Origin: Takakia lepidozioides | Lineage: Eukaryota; Plantae; Bryophyta | NCBI GenBank assembly: GCA_030704615.1 | Contig: CM060732.1 | Coordinates: forward strand, 23,064,001 to 23,128,000 | Direction of reading: 5' to 3' | Length of the DNA stretch: 64,000 bases | Part shown: in pieces, positions 22,607 through 33,402 of the stretch | Layout: each line of letters begins with the position of its first letter | How positions within the stretch are numbered: the first letter of the stretch is position 1 | Notes under the pieces: model-generated | The model's database searches: none | Told to the model about the DNA's origin: nothing | Seen by the model: the letters and a program-made list of their open reading frames with translations, nothing else | Position numbers and translations under genes: made by a program

Positions 22607-24265
22607 TCAGGAACTCGTGTTGCTCCTCGAGTCACGGCTGCAGCAGACTCCACCTGCTCTATGGTAGTGCTGCTCCGCACATGAATCCCATGCCTCCCAT
22701 ATCTCCTCCCTCAGGAGCAGGAGGTGGACCATCCCGCCTGGAGCCGGTACCGCCTGAGCTATAGCCATGGCAGCGAGCCTCTGCTCTAGCTGCTGAAGCC
22801 GGTTGGCCATGCCTTGGTCAACACCCTGACCTCCGCGTCCTTGGCCATGTTGAGCTTGCCCTTGGCCTGCACCTCGTGCCCGACCACCTCGTCCTCTCTG
22901 GGCTGGTCCACCTCGCCCCCGGCCACCATTGTTCCCTTGGAACTGGCCTGGGCGCAACTCAGGATGCAAGTCATAACACTGGGCATCTCCATGCCCATAC
23001 TTGCCACAATGCCCACACTGCAACTGTGCAGGCTGTGCTTGTGCCGGCCTTCTGCCACTCTCTGGGCAATCTCTCTTGACATGGGGTCCTCCACATGTCC
23101 AACATATCACCCCTGGTTGCTGTTGGCCTGCAAAAGATGCCACGGGCCTCTGCACCTGAGGTCCCCTGTAAGCTCCATGGAACTTGGGCTGGGCAACCTT
23201 GCCCCCCTGACCACGCTGTTGGGCAGTCCCTTGTGCTTGTGGGCTGACAGCTGTGCCCCGTACAGGCATGTCCTTACCAAATCCAATTGTAACAACTCGC
23301 TCCTCCACCATGTTGAGCTCAATCCGCTCAGCCAGCAGAAACACATCTGCTAATGTGGGTTGGGCTGCTTGTAACAGGGTTGCATCTCGCACCCTTCTCT
23401 TGAGCTCCTTGTCCAGAATTCCATACCAAAACTGGATTGCCTGAGCTTCAGTAACCCCTTGGGTCACACTTATCAAGCGCCTCATACGAGTGTACGCCTC
23501 TCGCAGGCTCTCACTGGGTTTGCGCTGGAAGTCTTGCAAACTTCGCAGCTTCTCTGTCCGTACACCTTGGTAGTTCCTCCGCAACTCCTGGAAGAACTCC
23601 ACCACCGGGTTGAATCTAGGCACATGTGTTGTAGCTGTGGCAGGAGGAGTAGTAGCACCTTCTGAACTGGTACCACCTGCAGAAGTACCAGCACTACCTG
23701 CTCCACTACTAGTGCTGGCAGTGGGAGCTATTGGTACTGATGCAGCTACTGGTCGCGTCATGCCTCGAGTAATGGAGATGTAGTCAGGTGACCAATACAT
23801 CCTCCACTCCTCAATCTCTGCTTCATGTCCTCGCCTGAACTCGTGGTAATCGTCCATAGGCGGGCCTTCCAAATGCTGGAACAGTCCCTTCCACGCCATG
23901 AATGGGGTGAATAGATGTGGATTGCGCATCTGCTGCAAATCACACCAGCTGTCGAACTCCTGGATAAAGTCATCCAACTCGATTGTGCCCACAGCTCCAG
24001 AGTACCTACGAGGCCCCTTGGTAGCTCCATACATCTCCTCCATGTCGTCCCACAACAATGGCGAATGAAAGTGCACACCTGTTGATGAAGCCTCCGAGCC
24101 TGTGTCTGACTCTACAGTAATTGAGGGTGGCGGTGAAGGTGGTCTGAACCGAATACCTCGTCTTGTGAACCCACTCTCACTGTTACTGCCTGTAGCCGTA
24201 CTCCCCTCAAAACCCTTGGGTAACTCCGTAATGACACTCACAATGTGCACCTCCTCCAGTGACAC
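22607..24265 (-). CDS. Gag of the DNMT-gypsy element
   Basis: FQRKPSESLREAYTRMRRL (major-homology-like region); two knuckles, CWTCGGPHVKRDC and CGHCGKYGHGDAQC; RGG-rich tail. Confidence 0.88.
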   Translation of the reverse strand: MSLEEVHIVSVITELPKGFEGSTATGSNSESGFTRRGIRFRPPSPPPSITVESDTGSEASSTGVHFHSPLLWDDMEEMYGATKGPRRYSGAVGTIELDDFIQEFDSWCDLQQMRNPHLFTPFMAWKGLFQHLEGPPMDDYHEFRRGHEAEIEEWRMYWSPDYISITRGMTRPVAASVPIAPTASTSSGAGSAGTSAGGTSSEGATTPPATATTHVPRFNPVVEFFQELRRNYQGVRTEKLRSLQDFQRKPSESLREAYTRMRRLISVTQGVTEAQAIQFWYGILDKELKRRVRDATLLQAAQPTLADVFLLAERIELNMVEERVVTIGFGKDMPVRGTAVSPQAQGTAQQRGQGGKVAQPKFHGAYRGPQVQRPVASFAGQQQPGVICWTCGGPHVKRDCPESGRRPAQAQPAQLQCGHCGKYGHGDAQCYDLHPELRPGQFQGNNGGRGRGGPAQRGRGGRARGAGQGQAQHGQGRGGQGVDQGMANRLQQLEQRLAAMAIAQAVPAPGGMVHLLLLREEIWEAWDSCAEQHYHRAGGVCCSRDSRSNTSS

Positions 24266-24776
24266 TATAAGGCTCTAGTACTAATCTAATAGTGACACGG
24301 GTGGGCACCTGTTGCAGTCTAAGGGTCATATCCCAGTGGCTCAGGGCACCTGCACCTGCATCCACCGCAAGAACTCCTATGGTTGGCTGGTCATCAACCC
24401 AGCCTCACCATAGAAGAAACACTGGTGGTCTTGCTGGTCATCACTCCAGCCTCACCACCGACAGCATACTCTAGGATTGACCGGTGATCAAATCCGGCCT
24501 AATCCCTATGAAAGCAAGCGCCCACACAAAACCAACATGGCGCACAGTCAAGCATGCAGGTGTTGGGGGGGATCCAAACACAAGAAATCAAAACATCAAC
24601 ACCCCCACACCAAAATCCAGCAGCAACGCTGATCCTGCAGAATATCCCAGCCCAAACCCCGGACTGACTGGCCTCCACCAAGAGAGGCTTTGGCAACTAC
24701 AAGTACAAGGTAATGAAAATAGTACAGAGATGGAGGGGAAGAATAGAAGCCCGCCCAAGCAAGATCTAATCCTGAT

Positions 24777-25526
24777 CTATGCTATCAACTTCCAGACTTC
24801 TCTCAAAGTGCCTCGCTCTGCATGATGGTAAGGTGTAGGAGGTATATCTATGTCCAGAAACCTGCCACTAACCTTGTCCCAAGCTACAGTAGCTCGCTCT
24901 AACCAACCCTCCTCCTCTTTCTGCCAGGTAGAGACAAAGCAATACTCCCCTATCTCCCGCTCACTGAACACTAAAGAAAACAAAGGTAGGGTCTGATAGT
25001 CTCTCAACTCGAAAGCTTTGAGACGGTTGCGGGTGTCCTCATTGCGAATGACTGCATCTCCTTCACGCACAACAAACATGTCATTGCTGATGAACCCCCG
25101 CTCGTGGTTGCCCTGTGCAGAGCGTATCCGGCTGCAACCATGTCTGATTGCACAAACTTGTGTAGCTCCTGCTCCTCTGCTCCAGTACACCACGGCCTTG
25201 TGGCTGAACACCTTGGTCCCCGGGGCTGTCTTTGGCTGTGTTCCAAGCCTAGCTTCCACCCACTTTGGTATTTCACCTACAGCTGCAGAACTGCTGGCTC
25301 CAACAGAGTTCTGACTGTCCAAGGCGATATTGAGGCCCTCAATGCCAACTACAGCAGTCTGTTGTCTACTGCTAATGCCTGACTCCCAGTATGCAATCAA
25401 CTCGTCCAACTGTTCTCCACTCAAATCAGTCTGAGTTCCTTGGGAAACATAAATCTTGTCCCCTTTGGTGCACAGGCTAAGAGAAGAGACCTGCCCTTCA
25501 ACGACGTCCTCATTTCCCCCAGCCAT
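24777..25526 (-). CDS. 249-aa ORF of unknown function upstream of gag
   Basis: Uninterrupted ATG-initiated ORF of normal complexity, on the same strand as gag. Confidence 0.5.
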   Translation of the reverse strand: MAGGNEDVVEGQVSSLSLCTKGDKIYVSQGTQTDLSGEQLDELIAYWESGISSRQQTAVVGIEGLNIALDSQNSVGASSSAAVGEIPKWVEARLGTQPKTAPGTKVFSHKAVVYWSRGAGATQVCAIRHGCSRIRSAQGNHERGFISNDMFVVREGDAVIRNEDTRNRLKAFELRDYQTLPLFSLVFSEREIGEYCFVSTWQKEEEGWLERATVAWDKVSGRFLDIDIPPTPYHHAERGTLREVWKLIA

Positions 25527-26239
25527 ACAAGGAGTACATCCACAGATTTGTCTCTAATATAGACCAGCACAGGTTCTAGAGACAGGATTGTGGATCTTTC
25601 ATGGCACACTCACACTCTAAAAATTCCATAGATTTTTAGCAGAGTCCCAAAAACAGAAACCAGGTCTAGATAGGTAGATTTCCCCTTTCTGCAGCTATCC
25701 CCTCAAAAACTGAGTCAAACGGAGCTCATTTGACAAAGATATGACCAACCAGGCTCTTTAAACATTTAAATTAGATAAAAAGGCTTTGTTTTTTTTTTTT
25801 TAACACCAAAACGCTTTTGTCATTATAACTGCTCCCAAGTCACCTACGAGTTCCCAACACGTCCAGGTAGTTCGTCCAGGTAGGGGCGATTTCAAGAGCA
25901 GATCAAGAGATGCACTGCGCAACACCCTCATGGCTTATGGACAGGCGGCCTGCAATCGAACGATTCATGGATGGTTGCTGGACTTGCACAACACATCTGC
26001 CACATCGGAACCACAGCTTCACTTCACCAACATTCAGCACAACAGGAGCAGAGCAGAGCATACAAGAGCTTGGCCGTTGATTGCGACACCTGTTGTGTGT
26101 GAAGTTTGAGAATTGAGCTGCTTTTTTTTTGATGTCTGTGGTTCTACTGTGGTGTTGTACGTGTGCTCCTTGGACCTGTTGGACCTCCCGCAGACGTGAT
26201 AACTTTCTTTTCTTCTTATCCTTGAACCCTCCTGAGGCC

Positions 26240-26710
26240 CTATACATTCTTGATTTTGGCCATTTTGGAAGGAGGCCATTGGCCTTTCTTCCTTAACTTG
26301 CGCTTGCGCACCAGCCTCTTCCTTCGAAGCTCCAATCGTTTAGCCTTCTTCTTTAACAATTATGCTTTTGACTTGAGGGAAACTATGGCTGGGATGGTGA
26401 CCTCAGGAACAATCTCGACCTCTGACTCTGGGGCATCTCCAGCAGCCCTGGCTACCACATTCCTCTCCGTTGTGGCCTTCCACGTCAAGGACGCACCGGC
26501 TGCGACCTGCCCACTGTAATCTCCAAGTTCTTTTCTATACTTCAAACCCACTCTAAATCCAGAAAACAGCCCGCAAGCAGGTCTCCACTGCGAGCTTGCC
26601 GAGGCAGCAGATGGTGAGAGAGACAAGGACACATTGGAGAAGGTCGGCACAAGGGCCTGGGAAAGAAGGAACGCCAAAGGTTGCAGAGTTCTCTGGTACA
26701 CCAAAGCCAA
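26240..26710 (-). pseudogene. PSRP5: Plastid-specific 50S ribosomal protein 5 (cL37) pseudogene
   Basis: ORF 26360-26710 looks like a transit peptide and starts with TTG instead of ATG. It continues in frame past TAA (26360-26362) as LLKKKAKRLELRRKRLVRKRKLRKKGQWPPSKMAKIKNV*, the diagnostic PSRP5 C-terminus. Confidence 0.85.
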
Positions 26711-27492
26711 GTTCTGAAGGCGGGATTCCCCCTATTGCCCAGGCAGGGCACAAGCTGGGCATTTACGGAAACCCCTCCGAGAAGCAGATGAGGCTCTCGG
26801 CAGATTGCCCTGCAGGTTTTGCTTGTAAGTCAGTCTTGTTAGCCAGCGATTGTAGGGCCTGCACCTGAAGCTCCGGGAACATCAATTAATCAACGATCTC
26901 CTCCAGCAAAATGGGAGTGTCACAGGTTTCTTCCATCAACATTCACTACTTCATGTGCTTGGCTATTTGGGCCTGTTTTTCTTTTTCCCGCCCTAACTTG
27001 CTTAAACGCTCCAGTGTGTGCTTTTGTACCCGAGCCCTTCTTAGCTCGCAGTGTCCTTCATAGAGCCGTCCTCATCGACAACTGTCCATATTGCTTTAAC
27101 AAGGTATGGATGTGTCACCATTGGACTGACCAGGTATAGCAAGGCTGCAGAACAATCTGCCTCTCACAGTGCTCCTGTACAATTGCAGTTATAGCGACGC
27201 ACCGAGTGCCCAACTTGCAGTAGTAATGCAACCGCAAGCGCTTGTTCCCCTGTCACAACCACACTCTTGCATGCACGCTGCACACAGGCTTCCACCTCCG
27301 GAGAAGAAGTCCAGGGACAGAGTTGCGGTTGTCAGCAGCTACCAACAGACACAGTTTTCCTTACATTTGCGCATCATCCTGCTGCTCCACCATGATATCT
27401 CCTCACTGGCCAAAACGAAGGCTGCTTCCATGCAGTGTAGCTCCGTCCTGCCCGGCGGCCTTATGCCAGAACCAACGCTGATCGAAACCTGC

Positions 27493-27518
27493 ATATATAT
27501 ATATATATATATATATAT
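27493..27518. repeat. (TA)n microsatellite
   Basis: Directly visible. Confidence 0.95.
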
Positions 27519-27539
27519 TTTTAAAGCTTCTTAAACTAA

Positions 27540-27981
27540 GCACTACTCTCACACAGGTAATCATACAAGTGCTAACCCTCAACTCCTACCTTGCACTCAC
27601 AGGTAAGAGCTCATCTCTCTCGAGTGATAAACAGACTTGTAAAGGACACACACTCTCAACACAAGAAATATGCAATCCCTCAAGATCACTCTTAGAAATA
27701 GAAGTCGAGCCAGGGGCACCCCAAGCTATGGGGACTCCACCCCACAACAACCTACACTCCCATCGTAAGCACACTCAGTCCTCAACAATGCAGGAGCTCG
27801 GTCGCGCAGGCTCAACTCGAGAGAGATGAGCTGCGCGACTGCCGCTCTCGTGAAGATAAGACAGACCAGGTGTCAAACTAAACTTGACACCTGATTTAAC
27901 ACTTGACCTAAATCCAAGTGTTAAATACAAATAACTAGTTTTATTCTAGCTGTTTTCACACTGTGCTTATTTAACTTGACA
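27540..27981 (-). repeat. LTR-like repeat, copy B
   Basis: 27625-27981 matches copy A. 27560-27625 additionally aligns with the diverged copy C. Confidence 0.88.
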
Positions 27982-29385
27982 ACAGAAGCCAGAGAAAACA
28001 AGGAAGAGCACAGGGATTGCAACAAACAAAAGAAAAACACAAAGCATAGACAGCAAAGAGGATATGAGTAGAGCAGCTGAAAAATCACAATGAAGAGCCG
28101 CCACCGAAGAGTCGCTTCACGAGGAAGTCATTCCGCACGTGCAGTGTACCTAGGGGAGCGGGCACGTGGGGGAGCAGGGGATCAGTCGATGGACACGTGG
28201 CAACAACACCAAAGTGGGGATCACTGATGTCGACACGTGGGGAGATCTGGACGGTCATAAGGGGGAGCAGACATGGGGAGATGTGAAGGGGAACGAACCC
28301 CTAGCCACTCCCAGAACATGGGGATCAAAGTAGGGGGACCAGACACGTGGGGGGATGTTAGTAGAGGGGAGCTGACCGTGCGGAGAGTACTGGATATGAC
28401 ATGCATGGCGATTCTGTGGTCAGGGAGGTGACACGTGGGCAACGAAGACAGGGGGGGTGGCGGGGGGGGGACCAGACAGTGGGGGAGCAAAAACTCGGGA
28501 GGGATTGGATGTTTGGGGTTTTGCAAGTGACGGATTGAGGGAGGGAGACAACTCATGAGAGGAAAGGGACCAAAACTACAGGGGCAGGGAACATGAGAAG
28601 AGACCATTGTGTAGGAAGAGTAAAACACCATGCTAGGTCGAAAAAGAAATCCCTATAAGTGCATGCATTATGAGCTGGCCGGCATACAACCATCTTGGAC
28701 TCTCCAACCTCCATCAATCCTATTCAGCTGCTCGATACCCAACCATGTTCGATTCTGCAATACACAGATGTTCACATTTGAATCTAGCAAGGTAAGTAGT
28801 ATGAAAAAACAAACATGAAGTTGAGGCTGAAGTTTAATATGCGAAAGGTACTATAGTTACAGATCCTCATCCCCCTGCACATGGGATTAAGTGCAGCCTA
28901 CGCCAATCCTGTCAGCTTTCAAAACAACAAACAACAAACAAGATAGAGGCAAACAAGAAAGAACAACAAAAGAAGAACAAGAAGAAGAAGAAGAGAAGAA
29001 GAAAACCCCCTGTACGCATTGTATGCAAGACGTGAGTTGCAAGAGAATCACAAACGCCGTAAAGCGCACACGATTGAGGCCCTGGCAGGTCAACCCAAGC
29101 CCATCGAAGCAGGAGTACGAACAAGCACGATAGCTGGAAACCTTTGCTCAATCTAGATGGAGAACCCTACCTCCACGATGAAGTGAACAACACATGCAGG
29201 TCCATGTGGTGCGATACCCACCGTTGGAAATGGAAGGGATTGGGGGATCGGTCGAAGGGGGATCAAAGCAGGAGATCGGCGGCAAGATCAGGGAGGGGGA
29301 TGGACGACCGGGGGAGTGCCACGCAGTGGACCATCGCACAAAACTATCAGACGGCGGGGGGACGGCCACATCACGTTGAAGAGGG

Positions 29386-31294
29386 TGTCAAGTTATTTTA
29401 CCACTAGTGTGAAACTAGCTAGGAAATAGCTAGCTTTTACATATTGACATTTGGGATTGGCCCAAGTGTCAATCCAGGGGTCAAGGAAGATTTAGGCCCT
29501 GGAGTGGTTATCTTCACGGCAAGCGCGGGAGGCTCATCTTTCTCGAGTTGAGCCTCACCGCGCCTAGCTATGGCGCCGTAGTGTGGATTCCCCATGGCGT
29601 GGGGTGCACTTGGCTTGACTTGTATTTGAGTGATGAGGTTATATATGCATGAGTTTATGCTTCAGATTTGTGAGCTCGTGCTTGTATTCCTCTTCTTTAT
29701 CACTCGAGAAAGATGAGCTCGTATCTGTGAGTGCCAGATACGAGTTAGTTGTAGCACTTGTGGTTTTTGCTTGAGAATGAGAGAAACCAAGTTGTTATGC
29801 AAGGAGCACCGTGGAGCTCTTGGTTGTTAGAAGCGGAGGCGATGTGGGTTACGAGGTGGTAGACCTTGGCATTCAATCTTCAGCTTCAGAGATGAAAGCA
29901 CCATGCTGCAGGTAATTCCAGAGCACCTTGATGGTTTCAGATTGTGTACATGCATGAGCAAGCATGATTGGGAAGAGGACCAGTCAAGAGCAGGTTATAG
30001 TGGCTTTGGTGGCAAAGCTGAGAACTGGACTTGGGAATGCGAGCTTTCATTGTGTGAAGGATTGCAAGACCAAGCGAAAGGGCTGATTTGGCTTGGGGCA
30101 AATCAGTGCACTTTGTGGAGTATGGTGAGATTGGACTGGACTTGGGAATGCGAGCTTTCATTGGTGAGAGTGGGGCATGTGTGGAGCATGCCTTCAGCCC
30201 ATTGAGGCTCTTTTTTTCAAGCTTTAGAGAGCTAGAACGGAAGGTCTAGGGCTGGTTTCCACTTGGAGTGAAAGAAAAGCACTTGTAGGGCCTATGTGAG
30301 TTGGGGTTTCAACTTCAAGCTTGAAGGGAATGCAACTCTTGAAGCAGCAGGTGTAGGGGGCTGGAATAGGCTCTAAGACAGATGCTATGGCCAAGGAGAG
30401 TGCTTAAATGAGTGCTCACAAGGGCTGGGAACCAGCAGGGCTTGGTTGTTTGCCATTGAGTTAGTGGCGTGTTTGGGGAGGCTAAGTGAGAAAGAGGCTT
30501 GGTTTGTGGCAACCACCTCATGGCATAGGGCTACTATGGTGGTGTGTGGGAGCCGAAAGAGCAAGAATACCTTGCTGATTTCCTCACAGCTGCCATAGCT
30601 CGGTGGAAAGAAGCCTAGAGTCCAAGAGACACAAACCCTAGCTTGGCGTGGCTAAACCCCTTGGAGAAATGGCTAAACTGCCAGAGCGGCCATGGATGGG
30701 GCTGTGACGGGCTGTCCCTGTGGCCTTGGGGGTTGTGACGGGCTGTGAGGGGCTGTGCCGATGGCCTTCAGGGCTATGAGGGGCTGTGAGGGCTGTGCCG
30801 GTGGCCTTTTGGGCTGTGACAGGCTGTGCCCGTGGCCTTTAGGGCTCTGATGGGCTGTGAGGGGCTGTGACAGGCCGTGCCTGAGGCCTTTGGGGCTGTG
30901 AGGGGCTGTGAGGGGCTGTGAGAGGCCGTGCCTGAGGCCTTTGGGGCTGTGACGGGCTGTGAGGAGTTGTGTCAGGCCGTGCTTGAGGCCTTTGGGGCTG
31001 TGAGGGGTTGTGACAGGCTGTGCCCAGTGGCCTGTGGGGCTGTGACGGGCTGTGCGGGGCTATGAGAGGCTGTGCCCAGTGGCCAATGGGGCTGTGAGGG
31101 GCTGTGAGGGGCTGTGACAGGCTGTGGCAAGCTGTGCCATGTGGGGCTGTGACGGGCTGTGACAGGCTGTGCCTGAGGCCTTTGGGGCTGTGACGGGCTG
31201 TGCCCGTGGCCTTTGGGGCTGTGATGGGCTGTGAGGGGCTGTGACAGGCCGTGCCTGAGGCCTTTGGGGCTGTGATGGGCTGTTCTCTGTGACA
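29386..31294 (+). mobile_element. Diverged LTR-like copy C, possibly a ~1.9-kb 3' LTR
   Basis: Starts TGTCAAGTT right after purine run GAAGAGGG (PPT-like). The first ~380 bp are homologous to copies A/B in reverse orientation. A candidate inverted end TGACA lies at 31290-31294. Confidence 0.5.
30695..31285. repeat. GC-rich minisatellite (GGGGCTGTGA / CGGGCTGTGCC / GGCCTTT units)
   Basis: Directly visible tandem array. Confidence 0.92.
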
Positions 31295-31957
31295 TTGGGC
31301 TCCCGCTGTGCCGCAGGGCCTTCGTCTTCATCATCTGAATATTCACATCCCTGCATCCCAATAGTCATCTTGTGAGTGGACCAACAACGATGTGACACTT
31401 GTTCATATTATGACATAGGAGGCACGGTGACGTTGCAGTGATGCAGACATATTTACGTATGTATCTTATGAATATACACCCAATCAAAACACGACATTTG
31501 TAACCATTGAAGTCATAGTTGTAGTCACTGACTTAGTCATATATGACTACATGACTACACATGACCAATGAAAACACGACATGTGCATTAATTAAAGTGA
31601 TAATGGAAGTGGCGTAGTCATACTCACGTCTGTATCTTATGACTTCTTGACTACAATCACCCAACGAAATGTCGACATGTGGAGAAGATGATCGTTGCAT
31701 TCAAAATTCAAACTAAAGTGCTGAAGGGAAAGTGGCGATCTTACCGGAAGAGAACAGCGTTGGAGAAGAGGATCCCTCCCGTGTATCATGTAATGATTCC
31801 TCACTGTTTCCAACAAGAGTACTTTTCCTCCATGACACTCATCACAGTTGCATAGCATTTTTGTATGCCCATTCCTTGTGGCATAAGCTTCTTCCACTCG
31901 CCATAGATGGTCATCTATTCTACGCCTACGCATCCGTTCGCCACCTGCACTGTACAT
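31295..31957 (-). pseudogene. CACTA transposase-associated N-terminal domain (start of TnpD), truncated
   Basis: MLCNCDECHGGKVLLLETVRNHYMIHGRDP (CxCxxC...H pattern); GTAAG donor near 31745; an acidic next exon GCEYSDDEDEG from ~31351. Confidence 0.6.
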
Positions 31958-33402
31958 GCTTTGAACGTCACCCCTTCCCTCTTTGCATGCTACGCACAGT
32001 GCATTGTCTCTAGTTTTGCACCAGCTGCCAATGTGCTATTTCTATATCTATAGTATACTATAAGTATCGTTTCTGAGTGTCCATGGTGAAGCGGAAGGTC
32101 TTCGAAGTGACAGTCCCTCTCACTGAGTACGAGAAGTTCCGAGAGCGCCGGATTGCTGCCATAAAGGAGGTGGAAGCAACGTTCAAGCAGTCGATAGATG
32201 GGTGAGTTTAGTTCCTGACTTTGGATACCCACCCACTAAACTTGCAATTTGCCTTATCCTCTAACCTTCCTACAGCGATCATAAGCTTCATAGCACAAAT
32301 GGGGGCGAGTAGCTGCGACTTGTACAAATAGAGAGGCAAACAACATGCAGTGAGTGACGATTAGGTTTGAGGAGGGTGTGTCATTAGGCGGGAGAGGTCC
32401 GCCGTCATTCGTGGGCAGGCATTACGTCTTGGTAGGGTGCGGCTGTGGTTCAGCGTAGGCTTAAGAGTATTAGGGTATGTATGCTTACATTTGTTTGTGA
32501 TTGTTTGAGAGGGAGGTCATGGAGGTGTTTGTGCAGGCTTGCGGGAGCAAATCGCACTCGCAAGCCACGCGCTCCGAAGGAAAAAGGTAGGGATCAAGGT
32601 CCTGCAAGGCAAAGTGCCAGACTGAAGACGATGAAGACTACGATTTTGCATGAGGGCTCTTCTGAGGACGATGAGGACGATCCACTCCTCCCACGCTAGT
32701 GCGAGGCGAGTGCGTCGTCGGCGGATGCCACGGCAAGCCGAGGAGAACATGCCCATGCTCATGTCGCAGGACAAAAACGCCCATCATCTACACTACGAAC
32801 ACCTTCTCCGTCTGTGAGTTATAGTTCTTCACAATGACCATGATTCTAATTATGTATGTTTTTGGTAAAATCACGAAGAGATAGGGTATGTCTGTCAAGA
32901 CAGGGAAGTTGGACAATGCAGGGGTCAGCCAAGGCACAATCACAAATGATTTCCACTAGACAAGTTGAAGTGCCAAAGGCATGATGTCAGGCCAATGTAG
33001 ACTTCAGGTGTGTTCAAATTCCTTGCCCCATGAAACCAACGTCCTGGTACTAAGCTACAATGGCTACTTATAGAGATACTTGGGTTACTTATGCACCCAG
33101 AATATCAGTAAAACTTGGAGGGATACTTCTCATGGACCCATCAGGTTTGTCCATTTGATTCTTGCTATGGATTTCAGGAACACCCCATACCTAAGAGGGC
33201 TTAAAAATGTACTGGGAGGACATCATTGGGGCCAATCAAATTTGGGAGATTTACTGCCCAAGATCATACTGAGTTTTGGGTAATCTTGTCTTTACAAATG
33301 ATATGTGCTTCCAGTTGGTTTTGCATGAATTCAAGGATTTGCTGCTTGCTGCCTATATGTATGTGTAATCACCCACATTGTACTGGGGGAATTTCTTTTC
33401 AG

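Larger units (their letters stand above)
16930..25780 (-). mobile_element. Ty3/gypsy retrotransposon carrying a C5 DNA methyltransferase and a PHD finger (ORF0-gag-PR-DNMT-RT-RH-INT-PHD); LTRs not confidently located
   Basis: Collinear minus-strand domains in gypsy order, detailed in the entries below. Confidence 0.92.

Noticed and set aside
26360-26362. Idea that the PSRP5 TAA, or the TGA stops in the MTase-like gene, are repaired by U-to-C RNA editing
   Set aside because: Such editing is organellar and these are nuclear sequences; mutation or sequencing error is simpler.
27540-29770. Copies B and C as TIRs of one Mutator-like element
   Set aside because: The sharp conserved boundary (TGTCAAG) faces inward, the copies are quite diverged, copy A shares the same boundary independently, and no TSD was seen.
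30972-31398. Pro/Gln/His-rich ORFs
   Set aside because: Mostly translation of the GC-rich minisatellite.
1-31957. Transposase at 1-860 as the displaced continuation of the TnpD start at 31295-31957 (one giant nested CACTA)
   Set aside because: Same strand, but there is no matching junction or TSD evidence and an assembly gap lies between them.
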